A DNA stretch of 64,000 bases, from IMG/VR virus record IMGVR_UViG_3300050343_000159. The stretch is one strand, 5' to 3'. Positions 1 through 10,980 of the stretch are shown here, one piece after another. Position 1 is the stretch's first letter, and each line of letters begins with the position of its first letter. The translations under genes were made by a program, and so were the position numbers. The DNA comes from a virus. Its lineage: Duplodnaviria > Caudoviricetes. The notes under the pieces are model-generated. The model was given only the letters and a program-made list of their open reading frames with translations. It ran no database searches and was not told the DNA's origin.

Positions 1-2
1 AT

Positions 3-1316
3 GATGCAGATATTCAATTCATTTATGACAAAATTGGTCGTATAAAGGAAGAAATCAATTCTCTTCCAGAAGTAAAATATTACGAGAGTGATCTCAGTTC
101 ATTAAAATCAAGAATTGAAGAAGTAAATCAAAGTATTCCTACATTTCCTGATTGGATTCAGGAAGTTCAGGAGGTTCCTGATTTCTCTTGGATTGGTAAA
201 ACTTTTAGTATCATCGATGATGACTTTAATAAGGTTCAAGGACATCTTGATCTTATCAGAGAAAAGATTGACTATCAGGTTAGTGAACTCAATGAGACTA
301 TTGGTAAGAAAGAATTTGAATTAAACATTGACATTAAGAATGTTGATAATAGTATCAATGATACAAATATCTATCTTAATGAGACTAAAGATAAAATTTA
401 CAAAGAACTTAGAGATTCTTCCGTAAGAATTTGGGAGCATCACAAAGAGTTTAAGGATGATGATAGAAAATTAAAAAAATCTATCATAAGTGAGCAGAAT
501 AAACTAAAACAATCTCTCCAAGAACAAATAAAGGAGATTGATAGTCAGAGTGTAAAGGCTGACGAAGCTCTTTTAAAGTTTTTCAATGATCTTAATGAAG
601 AAGTAAAATCACTTCCTGAAGTTAAGTATTATGATACTGAAGTATCTAATATTGTAGAAGATATTGATTCTTTAAAGGTCAATATTGAAGATATTAGAAA
701 TATTGTTTCTTTAATCAAAAAAGATCAAAAAGAATTAAAAGAACTAAAAGAAAATTATTTACTAAACGAACCACCAGACGAAAAAGAAAGTGTTGGTTCT
801 GGTGTTGATCCACTCACTCCGATGGATCAAAAGTTTGCTACTTTGGATGATCTGTCTAATCACTATAGAATCTTCATCAGTCGCATTCAAACTCAACTTT
901 CCACTATGGGTGGTGGTGGAGCAGGATTCATTAAGGATCTTGATGATGTAACATTTGATCAAACAACAGGAAATAATAAACTTTTAATTTACAACTCAGA
1001 AATATCTAAGTGGGTTGGAATTGGTAGTGATGAATTCAATGCTGTTGGTGCTGCTGGAACTTGGGGTGTCGATTCTGTAGGAATTCATACTACAAAGGTT
1101 GTTGGTATCAATACAACATCCGCAAAGTCTGATGTTGCTCTTTTTGTTTTTGGTGACATTGAGGCTACTGGAAATGTAACCGTTGGTGGAACTATCACAT
1201 ATGAAGATGTCAAAAATGTAGATTCCATCGGTATTGTTACTGCAAGAAGTGGAGTCAATGTTGGTACAAGTGAAGAAATAGTATTATCACCAAATGGTAG
1301 TGTACCTTACTTCTGA
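3..1316 (+). CDS. 5'-partial coiled-coil virion/neck-region protein with C-terminal Gly-rich fibre-like segment
   Basis: Frame 3 is open from base 3 (DADIQFIYDKIG...) into track ORF 822..1316; two LPEVKYY repeats; heptad-rich; C-terminal GIHTT/VDSIGIVTARSG motifs typical of cyanophage fibre proteins. Confidence 0.75.
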   Translation, partial: DADIQFIYDKIGRIKEEINSLPEVKYYESDLSSLKSRIEEVNQSIPTFPDWIQEVQEVPDFSWIGKTFSIIDDDFNKVQGHLDLIREKIDYQVSELNETIGKKEFELNIDIKNVDNSINDTNIYLNETKDKIYKELRDSSVRIWEHHKEFKDDDRKLKKSIISEQNKLKQSLQEQIKEIDSQSVKADEALLKFFNDLNEEVKSLPEVKYYDTEVSNIVEDIDSLKVNIEDIRNIVSLIKKDQKELKELKENYLLNEPPDEKESVGSGVDPLTPMDQKFATLDDLSNHYRIFISRIQTQLSTMGGGGAGFIKDLDDVTFDQTTGNNKLLIYNSEISKWVGIGSDEFNAVGAAGTWGVDSVGIHTTKVVGINTTSAKSDVALFVFGDIEATGNVTVGGTITYEDVKNVDSIGIVTARSGVNVGTSEEIVLSPNGSVPYF

Positions 1317-2373
1317 AGCACAAAGTCTTAATGGTGTTTTGGCACTTGGCAATACATCATCTCTTGGGATGAGTGTTGGTGTTGTTACTGCTGCAGCATT
1401 CTTTGGAGATGGTTCTGGATTAAGTAATATTATTAGTGGTGTCGGTATTCAATCTGGCGGCGTTCGTATTGGAACTGGATTTACTGATTTTAATTTTACC
1501 GGTGCTGGAATTTCCAGTATCGTTGGTGTAGGTGATACCATTACCATTGATATTCCCACTACCACAATTAGAAGACAGTTTGAAACTACATCGGGAGTAA
1601 CAACTAATTTTACCATCACTGATGGATATACATCTGGATTTATTGACGTATTTTTGAATGGTGTAAAACAAAGAAGTGGAACTGATTTTACTGCAACTTC
1701 AGGAACCACAGTCACCATGACACCAGCTGTTGTTGGTGGAGACGTATTAGAATTCCAAGTATATGAGACTACATCATTTGGGAGTTCTGGAGGTAGTGTA
1801 AATACAAGTGATGTAAGAGATGCGATTCAAGGTTATTATGGATATACCACTGACTACTATACTGTAGGAGTAGCAAATACCACTCAAGAAATTGGTGCGG
1901 GTGTTACTACAATGATTCAACCTAAGGTTGCTGCGGTATATCAATACATGCCTACGGTCATGTCTGGGGTTAACACTAACCCTTATGTTGGTACTGGTGC
2001 GACTATCGGTACTGGACAGACACAATTCTCTTTAGCAGGATTAAGTTCAGGTGCTTCTTGTATTGTGAGAACTGCACTTGCATTCAACCCTGATGATGAT
2101 AACTCTAACCTTGATGTTCAGTTGAAGTTCACTACTAATACTGCAACACAGGGAACTGGGTTAACTAACTTTACAATCAAAAAAGAACAGGCACTCATTA
2201 TGAACGAGGGTGCAGACCAGCAATATATAAGTGAGAATCTATTCTCATTCTTTGTTGGAACAACATTAGAAGGGTCCACACAATCAAACGCTGGTAGTTT
2301 CAATATTGAAGTTGTTCCATCATCTGATGGAGAACTTGAAGTCCTCGCAGTAACCGTTAACGTAGTAGCATAA
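1294..2373 (+). CDS. Gly/Thr-rich structural (fibre-like) protein
   Basis: DVFLNGVKQRSGTDFTATSGT motif seen in cyanomyovirus fibre proteins; Gly/Thr/Val-rich. Confidence 0.6.
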   Translation: MVVYLTSEAQSLNGVLALGNTSSLGMSVGVVTAAAFFGDGSGLSNIISGVGIQSGGVRIGTGFTDFNFTGAGISSIVGVGDTITIDIPTTTIRRQFETTSGVTTNFTITDGYTSGFIDVFLNGVKQRSGTDFTATSGTTVTMTPAVVGGDVLEFQVYETTSFGSSGGSVNTSDVRDAIQGYYGYTTDYYTVGVANTTQEIGAGVTTMIQPKVAAVYQYMPTVMSGVNTNPYVGTGATIGTGQTQFSLAGLSSGASCIVRTALAFNPDDDNSNLDVQLKFTTNTATQGTGLTNFTIKKEQALIMNEGADQQYISENLFSFFVGTTLEGSTQSNAGSFNIEVVPSSDGELEVLAVTVNVVA

Positions 2374-2374
2374 A

Positions 2375-5153
2375 ATGGCAAGAGCAGTAAAAATCTTTGG
2401 TGACGCATCACAAGGATCCCTTTTCTTTGAAGGAGTTTCAATTCCTCCTGCACCTTTGGGTGGTATTGTCGTAGCAATTGAAAATCCTAATCGTCCAGGA
2501 AAGATTCGAGTTACTAGAACGGATCAGTTCCAGAAAGATGGTGTTACTCCAAGGGTTCTTTTCAAAAGAATGCTTCCTAGTAGAGTTAGGAATAAACAGA
2601 ACCAGTCCCTTATTTCTGACCTTGGTTTAGTCTGGCACAGGTTATAAGTTACATCAATGACGAAGCAAACAGAAAAGCAAACGAGATTGACTTTCAAAAG
2701 AATGGTTCTGTAGTTGGTAGTGGTAACACAATAAACTTTACTGGAGCAGGAGTTTCTGCTGTCACTGTTAGTGGTGATGTTGCAACTGTAACTATTACTG
2801 GTGGAGGGGGATCTGGAAATCCTGTAGCCAGTGGTGCAATAGTTGGAGCAGGATCCACAACACTCAGACTTACTCTGATGACTCAACTAATGTTGATGTT
2901 GATGTAACTAATCTTGAGAAGTACAACAGCTATTGGTTCATCAACTTCTTACTTCTTCCTGAATAATGGTGCTCAACTTGCTAACAACCAACATGATAAG
3001 GGTGGTGGTGTAGTTTTCTATGGGACCAAAGTAAAGAGAGGAGAAGAACTTGTTTTTGGATTACCATCTGATAACCTTCACATTGGTATATGGGATGGTG
3101 GTAATGGAGTAACAGGTGTTACTAATGTAAATAATAAATCCAACTGGTCTACCAAGTGGGCGTATGACGTCTAGTAACACTAGATGGTCAGATCATAATG
3201 TTACTAGAGGACAAACAGGAACAGATCTATCATCTGATGTTGAGACAGATAGTAGCACCTTATAGTATCAAATTTGATTATGATACACAGAAACTACAAC
3301 TTTGGGAAGTTGATACTGCATATAGTTGGAAGTTATCAAGTGCTAATGTTGCAGTAGGAGCAACTGAAACTTATATCTACTTCTCAACTGAATCTGATAC
3401 TCAAGCAACACCACCAGGTTCTCTTCCAGGTATCTCAACTCTAAGAGCATCAGAGTGGACACTTGAATCTTTTGTCAATACTCAAGCTGGTCCTACTATT
3501 CATACTGGAGTACAAGATGATGACATCTGGAAATCTACCAGATCATTAAGACCTGGTATGAAGATGAAGCAACACTGAGTGGTGATATTAAACTTCATCA
3601 CTGGGGTGTAGGATATGGTGGTACAACTGGCATGGGTAATGGACCACAAAATCCATATGGTGATGCAACTGGTTCCTGGAGATCTTCAAATTCTCAGGAG
3701 ATTAGATCAGAGCAAAACTCTACTTTTAACAATAATTATACTGCTGCTGTTGATACAAGCACAAATCTTACCTTAGATTTAGAAGGAAGAAATATTTCTT
3801 GGAGATATAACTCAGACAATAGTTGGGACCTATTTGATGAGGATACTGACGAGGTAATCCTCACTGGTGATACCAATCTTGATGGTGGTGATATGTATCC
3901 ATATCTCTTTGGTGCATCAACCATTAATAACTACACAACAGAAGTTCCACAATGGGAATGGGAATGGAATGCTTCTCAGTGGTTTACTGAGTATCGTGAT
4001 TATAGTGGTGGTGGAACCACCTTCGTGGGTAAGGTTCCAATTGTGAAACCACTGAAGACATACACCAGCAGTGGATCTCTGTCTGGTGGTTACTACTATC
4101 TTAGTAATGCAAGGTATAGATATACTTGGGGTGAGAAGATGAGACCTGGACAAGAGTTCTCTTGGACTCAACTTACAGACAACTCTAATGGTGCTACCAA
4201 GAACAATATGGTTATTGGTGTTTTGAATAGTGACTCTGATGATTTCACACATGGTGTCAGATTCCACCAATTTGGTTATCCAAAAGTACAGTCAGATCAA
4301 GATAGTGGATTTACACTCTCTGCTGGTATTGGTACTGATACTGCATGTGCTGGTACAAGTATGAGATTGAAGTATGAGTATGGAACTAATAAACTTGTAT
4401 GTGAAAGAGTTACTGCTGGTGTAAGAACTAAAATTGGTGAATCCTCATCCGCACTTGATGGTAATCCAATCTTCATTAGTCTTGGTGGAGAATCAACTAG
4501 AGTTCCTACCACACAGGGAGTTTCTGTATATGGTTGGGAGATGTGTTCATAAAGGAGTTGGACACTATAATCCTTGGAACAACTGGAGAATTGGTGGATT
4601 CCCTGAGAACCAAAGTAGTCTTGCTGTTGGTATTCATAGCACTGGTGGAGTTCTTTCATATAAGGCAGACCAGGTATGGAGACATAAGGATGGTCTAGCA
4701 CCAGGATATAAGATGCACTGGTTGCTGCCTACCACTCAAATCAATGGTCAGATTGGTCAGTGGTCATCTTCTAATGCATCTTCTGGTCTCACTAATGTAG
4801 AGAACCTTGATACCTATTGGGATTGGAGTTGGCAATCAAACACTAGTGAAGAGATTGATGCACTGAAAGGATTTACTTTCAACACTAGTAACTCTAACTA
4901 CTCTTCTACTAAGTGGACAGACCCAAGTCCTGGTAACACTAAGTTCTCTATCAGATACCACTCTAATAATAGTATTGATATCTTTGATGAATCAAATAGT
5001 GCTATCATTGCAACTAAGGATGCTGCTGGCGACGGTAACCCCATCTATATCAGTTGGGTAGCAGGTGGTAATACTAATAGTCAAGCACAAATGCAAGATG
5101 ATTTCTTCGGTGGTGGAGATGTCGGTATTGCACTTACATCAGCATCAGTATAA
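2375..5153 (+). CDS. Large (~900 aa) Trp/Gly/Ser/Thr-rich putative virion protein, split by several frameshifts
   Basis: Track ORFs 2375, 2914, 3198, 3632 and 4434 abut or overlap with coding-like sequence continuing across frame changes (e.g. near 2625, 2875, 2915, 4545); no intergenic signals between pieces. Confidence 0.55.
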
Positions 5154-5172
5154 TAAATAACTATAAAATACC

Positions 5173-6960
5173 ATGAGTAGGACAAGAGACACTGCGAATA
5201 TTGCTTCGTCTGAAGGGAGATTTACCGGCAGTATTGTCGGTGTCGCTGCTACTTTTAGTGGAAATGTCAGTGTTGGTGGAACACTAACTTCTGATGATGT
5301 AAAGAACATAGATTCAATTGGTCTTAGTACTTTTAGAAGTGGAATTGAAGTTAAACCTGGAACTGCGACTACAGCACTTTTAGTTCAGGGTGATGCTAGA
5401 ATTGTTGGTATTCTAACAGTTGGTACTGCTTCTGTTACGATTGATGGTGAAAATGAAACAATCGGTGTTGGTATTGTTACCATCTCCAATTCTACTATTG
5501 AGATTGGTCCAAATGTTACCATTAACTCTGGTGCAACTGGTATCAACTCAGCACCTAATGTATTCTATGTTGCTAAAGATGGTATTGATACCAACAACGG
5601 AACATCAATTGATAATGCAAAGTTGACTATTGCAAGTGCTGTTTCTGTAGCACAATCAGGTTCAGTCATCAAAGTATTGTCTGGAAACTATGTTGAAAGT
5701 AATCCTATTACACTTCCAGCGTTTGTTGCTGTTGTTGGTGATGACCAAAGAACTGTAAAGGTTCTTCCAAGCAATACCACACAAGATCTGTTCCATGTCA
5801 ATAAAGGATGTAAGTTAGCTAACATGACCTTCTCCGGTCATCTGGCTCCTTCATCTGCAGTTGCATTCCCAACAGCTGGTGCTACTAATGTTGGTGGTGG
5901 TAAGTGGAAAGGTCCATACATCCAGAACTGTACTAGTGACACCACTACTGGAACTGGTATCTTAATTGACGGAGATAAGGCAGTCAAAACTAAATCGATG
6001 AATGTTGATGCATTCACTCAGTACAATCAAGGAGGAGTTGGAGTTGCTGTTACTAATGAAGGATATGCTCAGTTAGTTTCTGTATTCACAATTTGTTGTG
6101 ATAAAGCAATAACTGTCCATAAAGGTGGTCAAGCTGATGTTGCTAATAGTAATTGTAGTTTTGGAACATTTGGATTAGTTGCTGATGGGGTAAGTCCTCA
6201 ACAGTATACTGGTGTTGTAACAAGTTCTGGAGCAGTTGGTCAAGATAATATTGTGATCAACATTGGTGCTGCCACAACCAGGCCATATGACGGTCAAGTT
6301 GTTTATTTTGATCAACTCTATAAGTCTATAGAATCAATTACAATCACGAATGGTGGAAGTGGATATACATCTACTCCATCGGTTACGATCGCATCCCCCA
6401 CAGGTCCAAATGGAGAGGTAGCTACATCGTTTGTTACTCTAGAAGATGGTGTGGTTACTGAGATTACCATCATCAGTAGTGGAAGTCAATATACATCCAC
6501 TCCAGTTGTTACCATCTCTGCTCCAGATTCAGGTACAACCGCCACTGCAACAGCTGTTATGGCAGATACCTATTACACGATAAATAGCTCGACTCCTATC
6601 ACCGCTGGTATAACTACATTAACACTTGCTGAAAATCTACTCAACACAGTGGGGGTAGCATCTACGGCATACTTCTTCCAACAAAGTAAAATCATCGCTA
6701 GTTCTCATACCTTTGAGTATATCGGTTCTGGTAATGATATTACTACAGCAACACCTAAAAGAGGTGGAGTTACAATCCAAGCAAACGAAGTTGTATCTAC
6801 AAATGGTGGAAGTGTAATTTATACTAGTACTGACCAATCTGGCAATTTCAGAATTGGCGATGACTTCCAAATCAATCAGGCAACTGGAACAGTTAGTGGT
6901 AGAGCATTCTCCAAAAGTCTGTTCTCAGAAATGACCCCTTTCATTCTAGCACTTAGTTAA
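5173..6960 (+). CDS. Virion structural protein with beta-helix-like and ITNGGSGYTSTP repeat domains
   Basis: FYVAKDGIDTNNGTSIDNAKLTIASA (pectin-lyase-like start motif) and two xGSxYTSTPxVTI repeats. Confidence 0.7.
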   Translation: MSRTRDTANIASSEGRFTGSIVGVAATFSGNVSVGGTLTSDDVKNIDSIGLSTFRSGIEVKPGTATTALLVQGDARIVGILTVGTASVTIDGENETIGVGIVTISNSTIEIGPNVTINSGATGINSAPNVFYVAKDGIDTNNGTSIDNAKLTIASAVSVAQSGSVIKVLSGNYVESNPITLPAFVAVVGDDQRTVKVLPSNTTQDLFHVNKGCKLANMTFSGHLAPSSAVAFPTAGATNVGGGKWKGPYIQNCTSDTTTGTGILIDGDKAVKTKSMNVDAFTQYNQGGVGVAVTNEGYAQLVSVFTICCDKAITVHKGGQADVANSNCSFGTFGLVADGVSPQQYTGVVTSSGAVGQDNIVINIGAATTRPYDGQVVYFDQLYKSIESITITNGGSGYTSTPSVTIASPTGPNGEVATSFVTLEDGVVTEITIISSGSQYTSTPVVTISAPDSGTTATATAVMADTYYTINSSTPITAGITTLTLAENLLNTVGVASTAYFFQQSKIIASSHTFEYIGSGNDITTATPKRGGVTIQANEVVSTNGGSVIYTSTDQSGNFRIGDDFQINQATGTVSGRAFSKSLFSEMTPFILALS

Positions 6961-7293
6961 ATGGCACAGTTAGCACTTAATAGATTCAAAACAGAAACGA
7001 TTGTACTGACCACATCTGATCAGACAATTTACACTGCACCGACTGGATATACTGGTATTGTTCTTTACGCACACGTCACCAATTATGCCAGTGATGCTAC
7101 GACTGTGACAATTTCACATGTAAGGAACTCCACTACAACTGAGATTATTAAAGAAGCTCAGGTACCAGTCAATGATGCCTATATCCCTCTTGATGGTAAG
7201 TTGGTCCTTCAGACTAATGACTCAATCAGGGGTAGTGCTGGTGCTAATAGTACATTAAAAGTTCTTCTCTCAGTATTGGAGACTGCTAACTAA
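6961..7293 (+). CDS. Conserved cyanophage hypothetical (probable virion protein)
   Basis: 110-aa ORF abutting upstream stop; IYTAPTGYTGIVLYAHVTN. Confidence 0.65.
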   Translation: MAQLALNRFKTETIVLTTSDQTIYTAPTGYTGIVLYAHVTNYASDATTVTISHVRNSTTTEIIKEAQVPVNDAYIPLDGKLVLQTNDSIRGSAGANSTLKVLLSVLETAN

Positions 7294-7469
7294 TGCCAAG
7301 ACTTATTAGCGAAGTAAATTCTGGTGGAGGCGCTGTTGGTATTTCCAGCGATGGTGTTGATTTAGGTAAAATGAAGACTTTGGATTATGAAAGTAATAGA
7401 ATTGAGTTTGATAATACGACAGGTGTAGCCACTGTGTTCTCAAATCCGTTGACTATTATTGGACTATAA
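7293..7469 (+). CDS. Small hypothetical protein (58 aa, MPRLISEVNSGGG...), missed by the track
   Basis: TAATG coupling to upstream stop; open frame to TAA at 7467-7469. Confidence 0.6.
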   Translation: MPRLISEVNSGGGAVGISSDGVDLGKMKTLDYESNRIEFDNTTGVATVFSNPLTIIGL

Positions 7470-7472
7470 ATA
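7465..7472 (+). promoter_or_regulatory. T4-type late promoter TATAAATA
   Basis: Exact gp55 consensus just upstream of ORF 7483. Confidence 0.7.
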
Positions 7473-7482
7473 ATAAAAACTC

Positions 7483-8999
7483 TTGTGTGTGATGATTAAA
7501 GAAGAGGGACTTAGAGATTGGTTTGGTAAATCTAAATCCAAAGATGGTAAACCCGGATGGGTTCAATCAGATGGTTCCCCTTGTGCCAATGAACCTGGTG
7601 AAAAAGGAACACCTAAGTGTTACTCTTCGGCTAAGAAAGCCAGTATGTCGAAGAAAGAACTTCGATCAGCTGATACAAGAAAGTCAAGACAAGACCCTGG
7701 ACAACAAAGTAAGTCTGGAGCAGCCAAACCAACCTACGTTTCTACTGATAAACCTAAGAAGAAAATGAAAGAAGAAACTTTTAACGAAGCAGAAGACAAG
7801 AAGACTAAAGGTAGTGGGACTAAAGACGCCTGTTATACTAAGGTAAAGTCTCGTTATTCTGTATGGCCTTCGGCATATGCCTCTGGTGCATTGGTAAAGT
7901 GTCGTAAGGTTGGTGCAGCTAACTGGGGTAATTCTACTAAGAAAGAAGAGTTTGAAGGTTTCTATGACCTTCCTGCTTTCACTGAAACTCAGATTGCAGC
8001 TATGAAGTATGCTGGTATTGAGGTAGAAGTTATTGATGAGGCATGTTGGAAGGGATATGAGAAGAAAGGTATGAAGACTATGTTTGGAAAGAGATATCCA
8101 AACTGTGTCAAGAAAGAAGAAACCGAAGTTACTGGTGGTATCCTTGTTCAGGATGCAGAAGATTTCAAACCCCGTGAGATTGAATCAGTTGATATCATCA
8201 AGGCTGACCCCATCAAAGGTGGACAACTTCAAGAAGTTGTAAGAACTAAGGTCCAAACCGGTAACATGTATCAAGTTATCTTTGGTTGGAGAGGTAAGAT
8301 GATGATGGTGAAGTTGTTCTTCCCTGATGTATCTGTTCCAAACAGACAGAAGGTTGCTGATGCTTTGGATAAGATGTATCCTGGTTCTCAGTTGAGATCT
8401 TATTCACACTCAGTTGTTGATTATGATGATCCATATGTCAATGTAGGTGAGGAAACTATTCTTGAGAAAAAAGAAGAAGAAAAGTATTGTCGTCTCTGTG
8501 AGAAAAGAGAAACTCGTGGAACATGTGGTTATGGACCCAAAATGTTTGACAAGTTTAGTGTAATAATGTTAGTGATGCTGTAAAATCATCCGCAGCATCT
8601 GAGTCTGATATTACAGAGGACATCAATAAAGAAGTTGAAAGTAGAATGCAGTCTGATGAAAATAGAAAGAGATCTTTGATTAGAAGTAAGATGATGGCTT
8701 CTCGTTCGAAACAGAAAAGTGATCTACAATCTGAAGAGAACATCGAAGAAGATATGACTGGTATGTCCCAGAAGTCTGGTGACAAAAGAAGTACTGATAG
8801 TGGAGCTGGTATGACAGCTAAGGGTGTTGCTAAGTATAACAGGAGAACAGGTGGTAACCTGAAAACTGCTGTCACAACTCCTCCCTCTAAACTGAAACCT
8901 GGTTCCAAAGCCGCAGGACGTAGGAAGAGTTTCTGTGCAAGATCCAAGAGTTGGAAAGGTGAGAGAGGATTAGCTGCACGTCGTCGTTGGAACTGTTAG
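7483..8999 (+). CDS. Modular Lys/Glu-rich hypothetical protein (probable internal head protein); one gene with a frameshift near 8560
   Basis: Frame of 8646..8999 is open upstream to about 8565 (NVSDAVKSSAASE...); short modules EEGLRDWF, GTKDACY, EACWKGY and C-terminal RRKSFCARS...ARRRWNC. Confidence 0.6.
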
Positions 9000-9005
9000 T
9001 AATTT

Positions 9006-10673
9006 ATGAGTAATGATGTTTATCTTGGTAATCCCCTTCTAAAAAAGGCGAATACACCAATTGAGTTCACACAAGAACAGATTGAGGAGTATATTAAGTG
9101 TAGAGAAGACCCTGTATACTTTGCTCAAAACTATGTGAAGATTGTGACCTTGGATCATGGTCTTCAACCGTTCAAAACTTATGACTTCCAAGAGAAGTTA
9201 ATCAATAATTTTCACAATAACAGATTTAATATCTGTAAGATGCCTCGACAGACTGGTAAATCTACCACATGTGTGTCGTATCTACTTCACTATGCTATTT
9301 TTAATAGTAGTGTAAATATTGGTATTCTGGCAAACAAAGCCACAACTGCTAGGGAACTATTAGCGAGGTTAGCTACTGCATATGAGAACTTACCTAAGTG
9401 GATGCAACAAGGCATTCTGGTCTGGAATAAAGGAAACATCGAACTGGAAAACGGATCAAAAATACTCGCAGCATCAACTTCCGCTTCAGCTGTCCGAGGA
9501 ATGTCTTTTAACATTCTTTTTTTGGACGAGTTCGCCTTTGTTCCTAATCACGTTGCTGACGCATTCTTTGCCTCTGTATATCCTACTATCACTTCAGGTA
9601 AATCAACGAAAGTAATTATTGTATCCACTCCTCACGGAATGAACCACTTTTACAGATTGTGGATGGATGCAGAGAAACAGAGAAACGAATATATTCCAAC
9701 CGATGTTCACTGGTCAGAAGTTCCTGGTAGAGATGTTGTATGGAAAGAACAGACTATTGCCAACACATCAGAACAACAATTCAAGATTGAGTTTGAGTGT
9801 GAGTTCCTTGGATCTGTTGACACACTAATTGCACCGAGTAAACTAAAGTCCCTGGTATTTGAGAAGTCCATTCAAAACAATGCTGGTTTAGATGTATATG
9901 TTAAACCCGAGGACAAACATGATTACGCGATTACTGTTGACGTTGCACGTGGGGTTGGTAATGACTACAGTGCTTTTGTTGTTGTTGACATAACTACTTT
10001 CCCTCATAAAGTTGTAGCTAAGTATAGAGATAATACTATCAAACCAATGTTGTTCCCAAGTGTCATCTATGAGGTGGCCAGGAGTTACAATCAGGCTTTC
10101 ATTCTGTGTGAAGTGAATGATGTTGGTGATCAGGTAGCTTCAATTCTTCAATATGATCTAGAGTATCAAAATCTACTGATGTGTTCTATGAGAGGTAGAG
10201 CAGGTCAGATTGTGGGACAAGGTTTCTCTGGACAGAAGACACAATTGGGTGTCAAGATGTCTAAGACTGTGAAGAAGGTCGGATCACTGAACCTCAAGAC
10301 AATGATTGAGGAAGATAAGTTACTCTTCTGTGACTATGATATAATCTCAGAACTTACAACCTTCATCTCTAAATCGAATTCTTTTGAAGCAGAAGAAGGA
10401 TGTAATGATGACTTGGCTATGTGTCTTGTCATCTACGCTTGGTTGGTTGCTCAGGACTACTTTAAAGAACTCACAGACCAGGACATTCGTAAAAGGTTAT
10501 ATGACGAACAAAAAAATCAAATCGAACAGGACATGGCTCCATTTGGCTTTATCGATGATGGGTTGGATTCTTCTAGCTTTGTAGATAGTGAGGGTGACAG
10601 ATGGTCTGTTGCTAAAAACGATGAGTATGGGACAACAGCTGGTGGTATGGATTATATGTGGAATTCTTGGTAA
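9006..10673 (+). CDS. g17: Terminase large subunit
   Basis: CKMPRQTGKSTT Walker A, ILFLDEFAF Walker B, STPHGMNHFY, nuclease DVARG and DDLAM motifs. Confidence 0.98.
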   Translation: MSNDVYLGNPLLKKANTPIEFTQEQIEEYIKCREDPVYFAQNYVKIVTLDHGLQPFKTYDFQEKLINNFHNNRFNICKMPRQTGKSTTCVSYLLHYAIFNSSVNIGILANKATTARELLARLATAYENLPKWMQQGILVWNKGNIELENGSKILAASTSASAVRGMSFNILFLDEFAFVPNHVADAFFASVYPTITSGKSTKVIIVSTPHGMNHFYRLWMDAEKQRNEYIPTDVHWSEVPGRDVVWKEQTIANTSEQQFKIEFECEFLGSVDTLIAPSKLKSLVFEKSIQNNAGLDVYVKPEDKHDYAITVDVARGVGNDYSAFVVVDITTFPHKVVAKYRDNTIKPMLFPSVIYEVARSYNQAFILCEVNDVGDQVASILQYDLEYQNLLMCSMRGRAGQIVGQGFSGQKTQLGVKMSKTVKKVGSLNLKTMIEEDKLLFCDYDIISELTTFISKSNSFEAEEGCNDDLAMCLVIYAWLVAQDYFKELTDQDIRKRLYDEQKNQIEQDMAPFGFIDDGLDSSSFVDSEGDRWSVAKNDEYGTTAGGMDYMWNSW

Positions 10674-10897
10674 TGAATATTGATGATCAACTATCACTAG
10701 GTCCACTATTCCTTACAGATAGGAAATGTAGAACTTGTGGTATAACGAAAAACTTGATTGATGGATTTTATAAGAAAGGAAGAGGAATAAATCCATCCTC
10801 ATATTCTTATGAATGTAAATCTTGTTCTATAAAAAGAATTATAAAAAATAGAAGAAAGAGGAATACATCTACAGATTGGTCATATCCTGACTGGTAG
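10670..10897 (+). CDS. Small Zn-finger-like hypothetical protein
   Basis: CRTC...CKSC Cys pairs; ATG overlapping g17 stop (MNIDDQ...). Confidence 0.65.
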   Translation, partial: VMNIDDQLSLGPLFLTDRKCRTCGITKNLIDGFYKKGRGINPSSYSYECKSCSIKRIIKNRRKRNTSTDWSYPDW

Positions 10898-10980
10898 ACT
10901 TGCTTACCCATTGTTTTCCCATCTAAATGTCTAATTTTCATAAATATTTTCAGGTATAACTGAGAACTAAGGAGAAACAA

